Notes: a model not told the origin generated them from the letters alone. A DNA stretch of 64,000 nt from an uncultured Enterobacterales bacterium (GCA_964519895.1 CAZFLE010000015.1:2073-66072), one strand, 5' to 3'. Shown: positions 8,835-18,514, counted from the first letter of the stretch. Made by a program: numbers and translations.

Positions 8835-9518
8835 CTACACGCCCTCCGTGCTGAACAGTGTCGGCTGGGTCTCCCGCTCGAACAGAGTCGATGCAGGGAC
8901 CCCGGGGGCACACTTGCCCGCCAACCAGTCCTGGATCATTCCAAGGACCGCTGTGCGGGCGTCTGGATCGTTGACGTAGTCGATGTCCGTGGTCTCCAGG
9001 TAGTGAACCGGTGCTTCGTGGTAGTTCTTCCACAGGTTGAAGTACCGGTCGCGCAGGTCGTCCAGGTAGTTGCGCTGGATGACGGCCTCGGCGGAGATGC
9101 CGCGGCACTGGATGCGGGACATGATGACGTCGGTGGGGGCGTCGAGGAACAGGACCAGGTCCGGCCGGACCAGGTTCGTGCCCAACAGCCCGGCGAAGCG
9201 GTCGTAGAGGGCCAGCTCGTCGCCGCCGAGGGTCTTCTCGGCGAACAGGCGGTCCTTCTCGAACAGGTAGTCGCTGACGATCAGGTCGGTGAACAGCTCG
9301 CCCTGGCGCAGGTTCTGCTGCTGCGCGTACCGGGTGGCCAGGTAGAACATCTGGGCCGGAAAGGCAAAGCGTTCGGAGTCCGCGTAGAACTCCTTCAGGA
9401 AGGGGTTGTCCTCGGCGGGCTCCAACACCAGGTGGGCTCGCAGCTCGTCTCGCAGCGCGCGGCACAGGGTGGTCTTGCCGACCCCGATCAGGCCCTCGAC
9501 GACGAGAAACTTCGACAC
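8835..9518 (-). CDS. Deoxynucleoside kinase family protein
   Basis: 227 aa with the P-loop VEGLIGVGKTTL, an ERF..P...FY dNK pattern, and the DRYF lid region. Confidence 0.8.
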   Translation of the reverse strand: MSKFLVVEGLIGVGKTTLCRALRDELRAHLVLEPAEDNPFLKEFYADSERFAFPAQMFYLATRYAQQQNLRQGELFTDLIVSDYLFEKDRLFAEKTLGGDELALYDRFAGLLGTNLVRPDLVLFLDAPTDVIMSRIQCRGISAEAVIQRNYLDDLRDRYFNLWKNYHEAPVHYLETTDIDYVNDPDARTAVLGMIQDWLAGKCAPGVPASTLFERETQPTLFSTEGV

Positions 9519-9759
9519 CCGCGAGGCCTCTGGCCGAGGGTTCTGAGGGGGCTGACCGTGCCGGCCAGCTGCTCTGCTGTGCGCGACCTAATCTACCGCG
9601 GTCGCCCACGCCCCCCCGCCCCGCGATCCGAGCCCCCGGGGTGTCAGCCGCCAGGGCGCCCCATGTCAGCGGCCTGCCAGGTCGCCACGGTGCCAGGCCG
9701 ATCCACGGCGGGCACGGGCCTTGCTTGGGAGCGCTGCGCTTCGACAACGGAGGTGAAGC

Positions 9760-10194
9760 ATGAAGAGCATGAACGAGGTGTTTCTCCTGGGCCACGTGGG
9801 CCGGGATCCCGAGGTGAGCAAGACCCGCAGCGGCAAGGACCGTGCGACCTTCAGCCTGGCCACCAGCTACAGCATTCGCGCCGACGACGGCTGGGACGAA
9901 CGCACGGACTGGCACAAGGTGGTGGTGTTCGACTGGCTGGCCAAGCGAGTCGAAGAGCGCCTGCGCAAGGGCGATCCGGTCATGGTGCGTGGCCGCATGA
10001 GCAGCCACAAGTGGACCGACGACAACGGGCAGGCCCGGGTGTCCTGGAGCGTCGTGGCGCGCGAGGTCAGCTTCTTGCGCTCCCGCCGCGACGGCGAGCA
10101 CCGAGACCTGGGCATGGGGCCGGCCCCCGGCTCGGTGGCGATGCCGCCTCAGGCGCCGGGGGAGGTGCAGCCAGACGACGACATTCCCTTCTAG
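9760..10194 (+). CDS. ssb: Single-stranded DNA-binding protein
   Basis: OB-fold N-terminus (NEVFLLGHVGRDPE, WHKVVVF), a Gly/Pro-rich linker, and the acidic tail DDDIPF. Confidence 0.9.
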   Translation: MKSMNEVFLLGHVGRDPEVSKTRSGKDRATFSLATSYSIRADDGWDERTDWHKVVVFDWLAKRVEERLRKGDPVMVRGRMSSHKWTDDNGQARVSWSVVAREVSFLRSRRDGEHRDLGMGPAPGSVAMPPQAPGEVQPDDDIPF

Positions 10195-10688
10195 GGATCT
10201 GCGGTGGCGGCCTCTGCGCGCGGACGCCGCCACCACCACAGCCCCAGGCTCAGCGGTCCCAGCCACGGCGCCCACAGGACCGTCGCCTCGCTGCTGAGCC
10301 AGCGGAGTTCGAAGTCCCAGGTCGTGAACGGGTAGGCCAGCATGTACCCCACCCCCATGTGGTCCTGGCACAGGTCCAGCGCCAGGTGCAGGAACAGGCC
10401 GGCCAGCAGGTTCTTCCAGGCCTCGAGACGGTCCGGTTCGTGGAACAGGAGCGCCAGCACCGTGCCCAGCGCCAGCATGCCCAGCGGCATGTGGGCGATC
10501 TGGGGGGCATGGACCAGGGCCTCGGGGATCGGCGCCCCGGCTTCCCGCAGCCGGGCGAGCCCCAGCCCCGGTGCCCGGGCCAGCAGATCCGGCAGCACGG
10601 TGCCCAGGACCAGGGTCGCGGTGTGGCCCCGCCGAGTGACGGCCTTGACCAGAAAGCCGGTGGCCATGTGCGTGATCAGGTCAGCCAC
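10191..10688 (-). CDS. Membrane-bound metal-dependent hydrolase, YdjM/DUF457-like
   Basis: 165 aa with the N-terminal DLITH motif, multiple transmembrane segments and conserved His residues. Confidence 0.6.
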   Translation of the reverse strand: MADLITHMATGFLVKAVTRRGHTATLVLGTVLPDLLARAPGLGLARLREAGAPIPEALVHAPQIAHMPLGMLALGTVLALLFHEPDRLEAWKNLLAGLFLHLALDLCQDHMGVGYMLAYPFTTWDFELRWLSSEATVLWAPWLGPLSLGLWWWRRPRAEAATADP

Positions 10689-11133
10689 GGGCCACCACCC
10701 CCCCCTCTCGCCAGCGGAAGCCCACCAGCACCAGCACCCCGCTCAGCGCCACCCCCAGCAGCCCCAGTCCGACCTTGGCCTTGCGCAGGTGGTGGACCTC
10801 GTGACGCTGCTCGACCAGGAGCTGACGGTCGCTGTCGAAGACCGTGACGGCGGAGATCGTGTCCCCCAGGGCGAGCCCGCTGGGGTCCCCCTCGACCGGG
10901 ATGGGACCGGTGATCTTGTACAGATCGTAGCCGTCGTCCCGCAGGGCCGTGACCCGCCACAGAGGCAACAGGATGGTCCGCCCGCGGCACTCCTCCAGGT
11001 GGTCCAGGCAGTAGCGGTAGCCCACGGGCTTGGTGACGCTGTAGTGCCCGTAGAAGGCCGCCATCAGCACCAGCCAGCCCAGGCAGGCCGCGGCCACCCA
11101 GGGCCGCGCCCGGTTCGAGAGCAGCGAGGTCAC
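10681..11133 (-). CDS. Hypothetical membrane protein
   Basis: 150 aa with transmembrane segments at the N- and C-termini. It overlaps both neighbours by a few nt, which suggests an operon. Confidence 0.45.
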   Translation of the reverse strand: MTSLLSNRARPWVAAACLGWLVLMAAFYGHYSVTKPVGYRYCLDHLEECRGRTILLPLWRVTALRDDGYDLYKITGPIPVEGDPSGLALGDTISAVTVFDSDRQLLVEQRHEVHHLRKAKVGLGLLGVALSGVLVLVGFRWREGGVVARG

Positions 11134-11140
11134 CGTGGGT

Positions 11141-12109
11141 TCAGGCGGTGGCTTCGGCGGGTTGCTCGCCCATCAGGTGCCGAACGTCGGCCGGCGGTAG
11201 CGCCCGCTTGCCCGCCAGCTGCGCCAGGAACTGCCGCCACCCGCGGGTCAGGAAGTACGGGTGCAGGTCCGTGGGCATCAGGTCGAAGCAGCGCCGGTGG
11301 TACGCCGGCAACAGGTACCAAGGCACCTTGAAGTTTGCGTGGTGCTCGAAGTGGTAGTTGATGTTGAACGGGCTGGTCAAGTACCGGGTCCCGTAGAAGT
11401 AGGTCCGAGACCGAAAGAACGCGTCGGGCTCGGTGGCCAGGCCGCTGGCGTGTTCCTGGGCGATCTTGGTGAAGTTGAGCATCGACGTGAACTGGAAGGA
11501 CAGCAGCACGGCGAGCGCCACCTGGGGGGCGACCAGCACGTAGCCCAGGGTCCCGACGGCGCCCCAGAAGGCCACCCCGATGACCATGCGTTTGAGGCTG
11601 AACCCGTACTGGGCCGACGGGTTGGTCTTGAGTGGGCCGAGCACGGGGATCAACAGGAACAGGTAGCGCCGCAGCAGGCGCATGCCGTCCAGCGGGTCCG
11701 GGTTCTGCTTGTCCTCGGGTTCGGTCGGCTTGAGGTGGTGCACCACGTGGCCTTCCTGCCAGTGCTGCACGTAGTCCGTGAACAAGATGTTCCCGAAGGC
11801 CACGCCGATCCGGTGGTTGAGCGCCTCGGAGCGTTCGTTGTCCTCGCGCAGCACGAACATCACGTGGCTGCACTCGTGGATGACCAGGATGTAGAGGCTG
11901 TAGGACAGGGACCCGAGCAGCACCACGGCCAGCGGCAGGTAGATCAATGGCTCGAGCACCGCGCCCAGCGCCATCACGCCGGCGTAGGCCGACGCCACCA
12001 GCGCCAGGCTGCCGAGATTGATCAGGTTGTGCCGGGCCTTGGGCTGCTTCTTGTAGTGAAAGTCACCGCCAGCGGCGATGGCCTTCTTCAGCCAGTCAGG
12101 ACGTGCCAC
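11141..12109 (-). CDS. Fatty acid desaturase family protein
   Basis: Three His boxes are present: HECSH, HVVHH and HFEHH. The protein is polytopic. Confidence 0.8.
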   Translation of the reverse strand: MARPDWLKKAIAAGGDFHYKKQPKARHNLINLGSLALVASAYAGVMALGAVLEPLIYLPLAVVLLGSLSYSLYILVIHECSHVMFVLREDNERSEALNHRIGVAFGNILFTDYVQHWQEGHVVHHLKPTEPEDKQNPDPLDGMRLLRRYLFLLIPVLGPLKTNPSAQYGFSLKRMVIGVAFWGAVGTLGYVLVAPQVALAVLLSFQFTSMLNFTKIAQEHASGLATEPDAFFRSRTYFYGTRYLTSPFNINYHFEHHANFKVPWYLLPAYHRRCFDLMPTDLHPYFLTRGWRQFLAQLAGKRALPPADVRHLMGEQPAEATA

Positions 12110-12131
12110 GCGCTCACCTCGAACCCAGGGA

Positions 12132-13184
12132 ATGGGGCTTCTAACCAGACCGCTCGGATTACGGGGTGGCCCAGTGGGACCCCTCGCCGGCCGCTATCGC
12201 CTGGAGCACCTGATCGGCGAAGGCAGCTTCGCGTCGGTGCACGCCGCCTGGGACCTGCAGGCCGAGCGGCGGGTGGCGATCAAGGTGCTCAAGGACACCA
12301 CCCGCCAGCGCCCTCGGATGATCGAGCGCTTTCGCCGCGAAGGCCGCACGCTAGCTGACCTGGCGCACCCTCACCTGGTCCAGGTGCTGGACGTGGGGTG
12401 CGAACAGGGCCGTGACTACCTGGTGCTCAGCTTCGTCGACGGCGAGTCCCTCGGAGAGCGGCTCGAAGGGCGTCGCCCCATGTCCCAGGACCAGGTGGTC
12501 GAGCTGGGGCTCCAGCTCCTGGCGGGGCTGGCGGCGGCGCACGCAGAAGGCATCGTGCACCGAGACGTGAAGCCACCCAATGTGCTGCTCTCCGGGGACC
12601 AAGCTGTGCTGGGCGACTTCGGCATCGCGGCGCCGATGGCGGGGGATGGGAGCGGCCGGATCACCCGCACGGGCGCCACGCTGGGCACGTTTGGGTACAT
12701 GGCCCCGGAGCAGCTGGTGGATGCAAAAAACGTGGGCGTCCAGGCCGATCTCTATGGGCTCGGCGCCACCCTGTACCACGCCTGTTCCGGGTACGCGCCC
12801 GCCAACCTGCACGCGGCGGCCCTGGACTCGCCGCGGTGGCGGCGGGTACCGCCGGAGCTGGTCCCGGTGCTGTCGCGGGCGGTACGGCTGGACCCGGCCG
12901 AGCGCTGGGCGGACGCCGGAGCGATGGGCCGGGCCCTGCTCAGCTGTCGCGGCAGACCCGAGCTCCCTGCAGCCCTGGACCCCACCCGCTGGCCCGCCCC
13001 CCATGCGGACCTGACCCTGGAGGCCGCGCCCGCCTGCGTGCCCTTCGAGCCACCGTCCGGACCCAACCGGGACACCCTGTGGGACCTCCCGACCAACCAC
13101 GAGGAACAGCCTGTCGAGCGGCGGCGCTGGCCCTGGCTGGCCGCGGGCGTCGCCCTGGTGATGGCAGGGCTGTGGTGGTGGTGA
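12132..13184 (+). CDS. Serine/threonine protein kinase with C-terminal transmembrane anchor
   Basis: Carries GEGSFASV, AIKVL, HRDVKPPN, DFG and APE motifs. The start was trimmed to the ATG at 12132 to avoid overlap with the divergent desaturase. Confidence 0.85.
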   Translation: MGLLTRPLGLRGGPVGPLAGRYRLEHLIGEGSFASVHAAWDLQAERRVAIKVLKDTTRQRPRMIERFRREGRTLADLAHPHLVQVLDVGCEQGRDYLVLSFVDGESLGERLEGRRPMSQDQVVELGLQLLAGLAAAHAEGIVHRDVKPPNVLLSGDQAVLGDFGIAAPMAGDGSGRITRTGATLGTFGYMAPEQLVDAKNVGVQADLYGLGATLYHACSGYAPANLHAAALDSPRWRRVPPELVPVLSRAVRLDPAERWADAGAMGRALLSCRGRPELPAALDPTRWPAPHADLTLEAAPACVPFEPPSGPNRDTLWDLPTNHEEQPVERRRWPWLAAGVALVMAGLWWW

Positions 13185-13188
13185 GGCG

Positions 13189-14199
13189 CTACTCGCCGGC
13201 GACGGCCCGGACGCCGTAGAGCTGGAGCAGGTCGTTCACGTCGGTGGTGCGCAGATCCATGCCGCTGCCCGACGGGAGGAACACGATGGACTTGCCCTGC
13301 AGGGCCTCGGCCACCTCGAGCTTGACCTTGTTGCGCCCGCCGGATCCGGCCAGGGCCTTGGCCCGCTCGGTCAGGCCCTCGGCCAGGGCGCGCTTCTCGG
13401 CCAGGGCCGCCTCGGCCTGCTTCTGCCGCTCGAAGGTGATGGCGTCGGCCTGGAGGCGCCGCTGGTCGGACTGCCCCTGGGCGGTGGCGACCGTCCGGGT
13501 CACCTCGCCCTTGGCGACCTCGAGCTCGCGGTTCATCTGGGCGATGGCCGCCGTGGTCTCGGACTTCAGGCGACTGGCGTCCTGTTCGGCGACTTTCTTG
13601 TCCTGGATGACCTTCATGTAGCGGGGGTTGAAGCGGTGCTCGCCCAAGAGCACCTGCTCCACGATGATGCCCTCGCCACCCAGGTAGTGGTCCAAGTGCT
13701 CCTTGCACTCCGCCGCCTTCCGGAAGCGCACCTCGGCGTTGTAGTACTGCTCGCTGCCCAGCTCGTTGAGCACGTCGCGGATGATGGTCCGGCTGACCGG
13801 GCGCACCAGCCGCTCTTCGACCTCGCGGGTGGACCGCCCGACGAAGCGCAGCAAGTAGGGCGCCTGGGCAGGGTCGAGCCGCCAGGAGACGGTCACGTTC
13901 ACCGAGATGTCGTTGCCGTCGATGGTCTTGAAGTTGAGGGAGTCGTCGCCGGCCCTGGAGCCCGAGTCGCTCTCCCGGGACATCTCCAGGTTCTGGAGTG
14001 CGGTGTCGAACACCTGCCAGTCGGTGATCACCGGCGGAAAGAAGCTGGTGGAGCCGGGGGCGTAGACGGTGTCCTGGACGCCCTTGTCGAACACGATGCC
14101 CATCTTGTTCGTGCGGACGCCGACCTCGGTGGAGCCGGTGGTGTGGGGGGTGCAGGCCACCAAGAGGGCGGCGAGGAACGCGGAGAGGATGCGGGTCAT
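13189..14199 (-). CDS. SPFH/Band-7 domain lipoprotein
   Basis: Signal plus lipobox MTRILSAFLAALLVAC, an SPFH core, and an Ala/Glu-rich coiled coil. The start could alternatively be the GTG at 14208. Confidence 0.75.
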   Translation of the reverse strand: MTRILSAFLAALLVACTPHTTGSTEVGVRTNKMGIVFDKGVQDTVYAPGSTSFFPPVITDWQVFDTALQNLEMSRESDSGSRAGDDSLNFKTIDGNDISVNVTVSWRLDPAQAPYLLRFVGRSTREVEERLVRPVSRTIIRDVLNELGSEQYYNAEVRFRKAAECKEHLDHYLGGEGIIVEQVLLGEHRFNPRYMKVIQDKKVAEQDASRLKSETTAAIAQMNRELEVAKGEVTRTVATAQGQSDQRRLQADAITFERQKQAEAALAEKRALAEGLTERAKALAGSGGRNKVKLEVAEALQGKSIVFLPSGSGMDLRTTDVNDLLQLYGVRAVAGE

Positions 14200-14201
14200 G
14201 G

Positions 14202-15227
14202 CTACCACCCCTGGACCAGGTCATCGAGGTGGAGCGGGTTGATCCCGCTGGGGCCGTCGGTCGGCACGACGATGACCTGGGTGCTCTCCAGGACCTCGGC
14301 CATGCGCAGCCCAACCAGGTTCGACGCGCCCGCGGCCTTGAGGGCCTCGTTCTCCAGGCGGATGCCCTCGGCCTCTGCCAGTGCCACCAACAGGTCGCCT
14401 TCGGCCACCTTCTTCCGGTAGTACAGGTTGGCCTCGGCCTCGATCTTGCGCACCTCGGTCCTGCCTCGCTCGCGCTCGACCTCGACCTGGGCCTGGCCTT
14501 CGGCGAGCACCCGGTTCTTCTCGGCCTCCTGCTCCGCGGCGACCGCCTCGGCCTGGTTCTTGAAGACCAGCTGGTCCTGGATCTTGCGCTGCTCGATCGC
14601 CTCTTGGTATCGGTCGTCGTAGGTGTAGTGACGGACCATCACCGACCAGACCTCGATGCCCTTTGGGGCCAGGTCGGCGGACAGGGCCTCCCGAGCGGCG
14701 ATGCCGGCGGCCCGTCGCGCGGCGCCGTCGTAGAACTGCTCGGAGTTGAGCTTGCCCAGGGTCTGGCGCAGGAAGGTGTCCGAGCGTGGTGCGACGAGGC
14801 TGGTCTCGTAGAGGCGCCCCGGGCCCACGCTGGTGATGACCTTGTAGGGGTCCGAGATGCGGAAGGCGACGGTCACGTCGACCGTGACCTGGTAGCCCTC
14901 GTTGGTCTGGATCCGGATGGCCGGCGCGTAGAAGGCCTCGGCCGAGCTCGACGTGTGGTCGTCGTTGAGCTCCATGAGCTGGATGTCCCGGGGGAACACG
15001 TGGAGCTGCTCGTAGCCGGGCACCACCACGTGGAGGCCCGGGCCGAGCACGTTCTTCTGGATGCCCTTGTTCGGGCCCAGGTAGACCTGCTTCACGGCAA
15101 AGGCGTCGGGGGGCACATAGGTGGTGAAGCTCGCGTAGAGCATCACCAAACCGATGAGCAAGGCCGGGAAGACCAGCAGGAGTCGGTTCCGGGCGGTGTT
15201 GACAGAGGCGAGCTTGAGCTCAGCCAT
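14202..15227 (-). CDS. SPFH/Band-7 domain membrane protein (HflK/C-like)
   Basis: 341 aa with an N-terminal transmembrane segment, an SPFH core and a coiled coil (QAEAVAAEQEAEKNRVLAEGQAQ). Confidence 0.8.
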   Translation of the reverse strand: MAELKLASVNTARNRLLLVFPALLIGLVMLYASFTTYVPPDAFAVKQVYLGPNKGIQKNVLGPGLHVVVPGYEQLHVFPRDIQLMELNDDHTSSSAEAFYAPAIRIQTNEGYQVTVDVTVAFRISDPYKVITSVGPGRLYETSLVAPRSDTFLRQTLGKLNSEQFYDGAARRAAGIAAREALSADLAPKGIEVWSVMVRHYTYDDRYQEAIEQRKIQDQLVFKNQAEAVAAEQEAEKNRVLAEGQAQVEVERERGRTEVRKIEAEANLYYRKKVAEGDLLVALAEAEGIRLENEALKAAGASNLVGLRMAEVLESTQVIVVPTDGPSGINPLHLDDLVQGW

Positions 15228-15236
15228 GGGCGGGCC

Positions 15237-15833
15237 TCACTGTGGGTCGGGCTGGCGCGGGCGGTCTCGGGACTTGGAGCCTTCGGCCCCCGGGTCCTCG
15301 AGCGACAGCGCGGGTTGGTAGGCGTCGAGCTGCGCCTGGATACGCTCCAGGTCGTCCACGATTGCCTGGAGCGCCCCCTGGTAGCGGCTCGTGGCCTGCC
15401 AGGCGCGGAGCTCCGGCAGGAACGGGACCAGGAACGGCACGATGAAGGCCAGGGCGACGACCGGGCTGTGCAGGGCACGGGTCGCGATCAGGGCGACCAC
15501 GAGAGGCACGATGAAGGCGACGAGCCGGAACACGACGTCGCCCTTGCGCCAGGTGTCGAAGCGACTGCTCTCCAGCTCGTTCTGGAGCTTGGCGAGCTTG
15601 AGCCAGCGCGGCAGGAAGGTCTCGACCATCTCGCGCTGGAGCCGCTCGGCGTGGGCGGGGTCGCTCATCACTTCGCCCATCTCGGACAGCACCTCGCCCA
15701 GGGCCTCGTCGACGATGCGACGGGCCGCTGCGTCCAGCTCGTCGGGCCGATCGAGGTAGCTGCGCCGAGCGCCCTCCAGGCGCTCGGTCAGGTGGGCGGC
15801 GACGGTGTCGAGGCGGTAGCTCTTGGCGACCAA
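15237..15833 (-). CDS. Hypothetical membrane protein, first gene of the SPFH operon
   Basis: 198 aa with a TTG start, a helical N-domain, two central transmembrane helices and a charged tail. Confidence 0.5.
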   Translation of the reverse strand: MVAKSYRLDTVAAHLTERLEGARRSYLDRPDELDAAARRIVDEALGEVLSEMGEVMSDPAHAERLQREMVETFLPRWLKLAKLQNELESSRFDTWRKGDVVFRLVAFIVPLVVALIATRALHSPVVALAFIVPFLVPFLPELRAWQATSRYQGALQAIVDDLERIQAQLDAYQPALSLEDPGAEGSKSRDRPRQPDPQ

Positions 15834-15880
15834 CAGGATGCCTTGACCGGGTGGGGCAGGAGGTTAGTTGGCGGGTCGCT

Positions 15881-15955
15881 GGGCGATTAACTCAGTGGGA
15901 GAGTGCTACCTTCACACGGTAGAAGTCACTGGTTCAAATCCAGTATCGCCCACCA
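15881..15955 (+). tRNA. tRNA-Val (anticodon CAC), CCA encoded
   Basis: A full cloverleaf was folded by hand. Acceptor stem gggcgat/atcgccc. D stem actc/gagt. Anticodon stem ctacc/ggtag with loop ttCACac. T stem actgg/ccagt with loop ttcaaat. Discriminator a, then CCA. Confidence 0.9.
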
Positions 15956-17426
15956 TTTTCGACACCTCTGGGGCTCCGGCCCCGAGGATGTCGAAGACAA
16001 CTGAAGTTTCGGCGGTTCCAAACGACTCGCCGTCGTGGGTGAGCCCGGTCGGGAACACCAGCCGCTGAAGGTGGATGCGGGCCTTGGGATGCAGGTCCGT
16101 CCACAGCGCGGCCGGCTTCGACAGCAGGCGCTCGGCGAACCCGAGCAGGGCGTCCACGTCGAGCTGGTCGTCCTGGGCCTGGTGAAGCTCGATGCGGACC
16201 GCTGCGATGTCGGCGTCCAGCTCGGCCTGCTTCGCCCGGCAGGCCTCCTCGCTGATGACGCGGTCGAGGTACGCATCCACAACCTGCCCTCGGCGTCGCT
16301 CCAGGTCCTGCAGCCGTTTGTGGAGGGCGGCCTCGGCCGCACCGGCGTCCTGGCGACGAGTCCGCCACACGTCGAGGATGACCTCGCGGAACAGCCGCAC
16401 GTACTCGACCCTCGGTGACGCCCGGCACAGCAGCTCCACGAAGGCCTCCTCCATCCGCTCCTTGGGCAGGGACACGCAGCCACTCCGGCGGCACCTGTAG
16501 TAGCCGAAGCGGCCGTTGCGTCCGCGGGAGAAGCTCCCAGTGACCGGCAGATCGTGGTGTGCGCAGCGCACGAAGCGTCGCAGTGGAAAGTCCGGGTGGT
16601 CCAGGAGGTGCGGCGGGGACTTCGGCCCCTTGCGCGTCAGGACGTGCTGAACGGCATCCCAGAGCGCCTCGTCCACGAGCGGATCGAAGTCGCCCTCGAC
16701 GTCGATGGCCCACCTGGGCTCGACGATGCGGCCCTTGTAGATCGGGTTGCCCAGCATGTTGCGAAAAGTCTGGGCGCTCACAGCGTTGCCTCGCCGGGTC
16801 GTCAGGCCGAGGGCGTTCACGTGCCTGCGGACCGCGGCTTGCGAGCGGTGGCCGGTGGCGTACATCTCGAAAGCCAGCCGAACCAGCGGGGCGCGATCGG
16901 AATCAGCAACCAAGCTGGCTCCCGCCCCCGTCCGGGGCTTGGTATACCCGACGGGCGGCTGGTGGGGCCATCGGCCGCGCGCGACCGCGGCCTTCATGCC
17001 GTTGAGCGCCCGCTCCGAGCGCACGTCGTTGTCGAACTGGGCGACCAGGGCCAACATGCCTTCGAGGAACCGGCCTGGTGCGTCATCCTCCAGGTGCTCG
17101 GTCGCCGACCGTAGTTCGATGCCGAGGGTACGCAGTCCGCCGCGCAGCATGTGGTAGTCGCCGACGTTCCGGGAGAACCGGTCCACCTTGTACACGACCA
17201 CGTAGTCGACCTCGGCCTTCCGGTCGGCGCACACTCGCAGCAGCCGGTGGAGCTGGGTCCGGTCCGCCGTCTTGGCGGACTCGCCGCGCTCCTCGAAGAC
17301 CTCCATGACCTGGAGACCGTTGCGCCGGCAGTAGTCGCGGCAGGCGTCGAGCTGGGTCGCCAGGCTCAGGTTCGAGACCTGCTCCTTGGTAGAGACACGA
17401 CAGTAGACGAGGGCGTTGAGGGGCAC
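15912..17426 (-). CDS. Large serine recombinase (integrase)
   Basis: 504 aa. It has a resolvase catalytic N-terminus ALVYCRVSTKEQ, VYKVDRFSRN, a recombinase domain, the Cys-rich zinc ribbon CAHH..YYRCRRSGC, and a coiled coil. The last 14 codons are antisense to tRNA-Val positions 32-75. Confidence 0.9.
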   Translation of the reverse strand: MPLNALVYCRVSTKEQVSNLSLATQLDACRDYCRRNGLQVMEVFEERGESAKTADRTQLHRLLRVCADRKAEVDYVVVYKVDRFSRNVGDYHMLRGGLRTLGIELRSATEHLEDDAPGRFLEGMLALVAQFDNDVRSERALNGMKAAVARGRWPHQPPVGYTKPRTGAGASLVADSDRAPLVRLAFEMYATGHRSQAAVRRHVNALGLTTRRGNAVSAQTFRNMLGNPIYKGRIVEPRWAIDVEGDFDPLVDEALWDAVQHVLTRKGPKSPPHLLDHPDFPLRRFVRCAHHDLPVTGSFSRGRNGRFGYYRCRRSGCVSLPKERMEEAFVELLCRASPRVEYVRLFREVILDVWRTRRQDAGAAEAALHKRLQDLERRRGQVVDAYLDRVISEEACRAKQAELDADIAAVRIELHQAQDDQLDVDALLGFAERLLSKPAALWTDLHPKARIHLQRLVFPTGLTHDGESFGTAETSVVFDILGAGAPEVSKMVGDTGFEPVTSTV

Positions 17427-17656
17427 GGCGGTCTACGGTCCATTGCCGTCGAAGCCACGGCCGCGTCCACGAGGACACGGGCGACGGCGTACATGGCCGC
17501 ACGCAGCTCGGCGAGCTGTCGGGGGGTCAGCTCGGCGGAGCCACGCAGCTCGCTGAATCGTTCGAGGGAGAGCACGGCGGGGGCCTGCTCGCGTCGGGTG
17601 GACGCGGGTTGACCGACCGCTCGGGCTCATCCCGTGGCGCTCAGGGGGCTGCATGG

Positions 17657-18514
17657 TCACTCCTCAGCGGCACGCGGGGTCGTCCCGTCGTGCTCCGAGG
17701 GCTTGGTGTGGACGGTCCGCTCAACATGGAGGATGGAGCCGTCGCGGCGAACGATGCGGAGGTCCTGGTAGTCGTCGGACGCCACCAGGTCGGCCAACTC
17801 GGCGTGGTCGTCGAGCGAGACGCGCTGCGTCGCGGCGACGTGGCGAACCTCGCCGTTCTTCAGGCGGACCTCGACGCGGTCGAAGTCGCCAGACCGGATC
17901 ATCTTGACGACGTCCTGCTCCGGCTTGGACATCAGGTTGCCCATCATGGCGTGGCCCAGTTCGGCCATGAAAGTGCGCCCCCGGCCGTGGCGTGGCAGCT
18001 CGATCGGAGGCTTGCGACAGCGCAAGAGACGCCGGACCAGTGGGTTGACGTTGAGCAGGATGACCGACGGCGGCGCCGCGTCCGGGTCGTTGGACTCCTC
18101 CAAGTCACCGTGCTGAAGCAGGTCGATGATCTCCATCGCTGAGTCCATGACGAAGCGGCTCTTCAGGTCCGTCATCACGAACACCGGCAGGTCCAGCAGC
18201 GCGATCAGCCGGACGGCGGACATGAAGTGATCGGCGCCCTCGTCCAGCATGACGTCGCGGACGAAGCGCAGCGACCCGACGGGCACGCCGTAGCGCTTGC
18301 GGATCTCTGCCATCACCATCAGCGCGAAGACCTGGCGCGGAGTGTAGCGGCGCCATGACTCGCCGCGCCGCTCCTGGTCCGGGAGCACGCCCTTGCCGTC
18401 CCACTCGTTGAGCTGCCGGTACGACAGGTCTGCGGCCTTGCGTACATCGCCGGCGGTGAAGGGTCGGTCGGCCTCGTCAGGCATCGGACATCCAGAATGA
18501 ACGTGAGCGTTCAT
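17657..18514 (-). CDS. MerR-type HTH protein with uncharacterised C-terminal domain
   Basis: The N-terminus FTAGDVRKAADLSYRQLNEWDGKGVL looks like a MerR/excisionase-type HTH. The remaining ~200 aa are unrecognised. The start is at 18514 or 18484. Confidence 0.55.
   Translation of the reverse strand: MNAHVHSGCPMPDEADRPFTAGDVRKAADLSYRQLNEWDGKGVLPDQERRGESWRRYTPRQVFALMVMAEIRKRYGVPVGSLRFVRDVMLDEGADHFMSAVRLIALLDLPVFVMTDLKSRFVMDSAMEIIDLLQHGDLEESNDPDAAPPSVILLNVNPLVRRLLRCRKPPIELPRHGRGRTFMAELGHAMMGNLMSKPEQDVVKMIRSGDFDRVEVRLKNGEVRHVAATQRVSLDDHAELADLVASDDYQDLRIVRRDGSILHVERTVHTKPSEHDGTTPRAAEE

Noticed and set aside
7957-10371. A single 804-aa ORF on the minus strand.
   Set aside because: Only the 3'-terminal 870 nt (7957-8826) encode PanB. 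The remaining part overlaps the deoxynucleoside kinase and ssb in other frames and translates to low-complexity sequence.
17366-17575. A 69-aa ORF overlapping the recombinase start.
   Set aside because: I did not annotate it as a feature. It has an alternative start, overlaps the recombinase N-terminus by ~60 nt and has no recognisable domain. I kept it only as a hypothesis within a finding.
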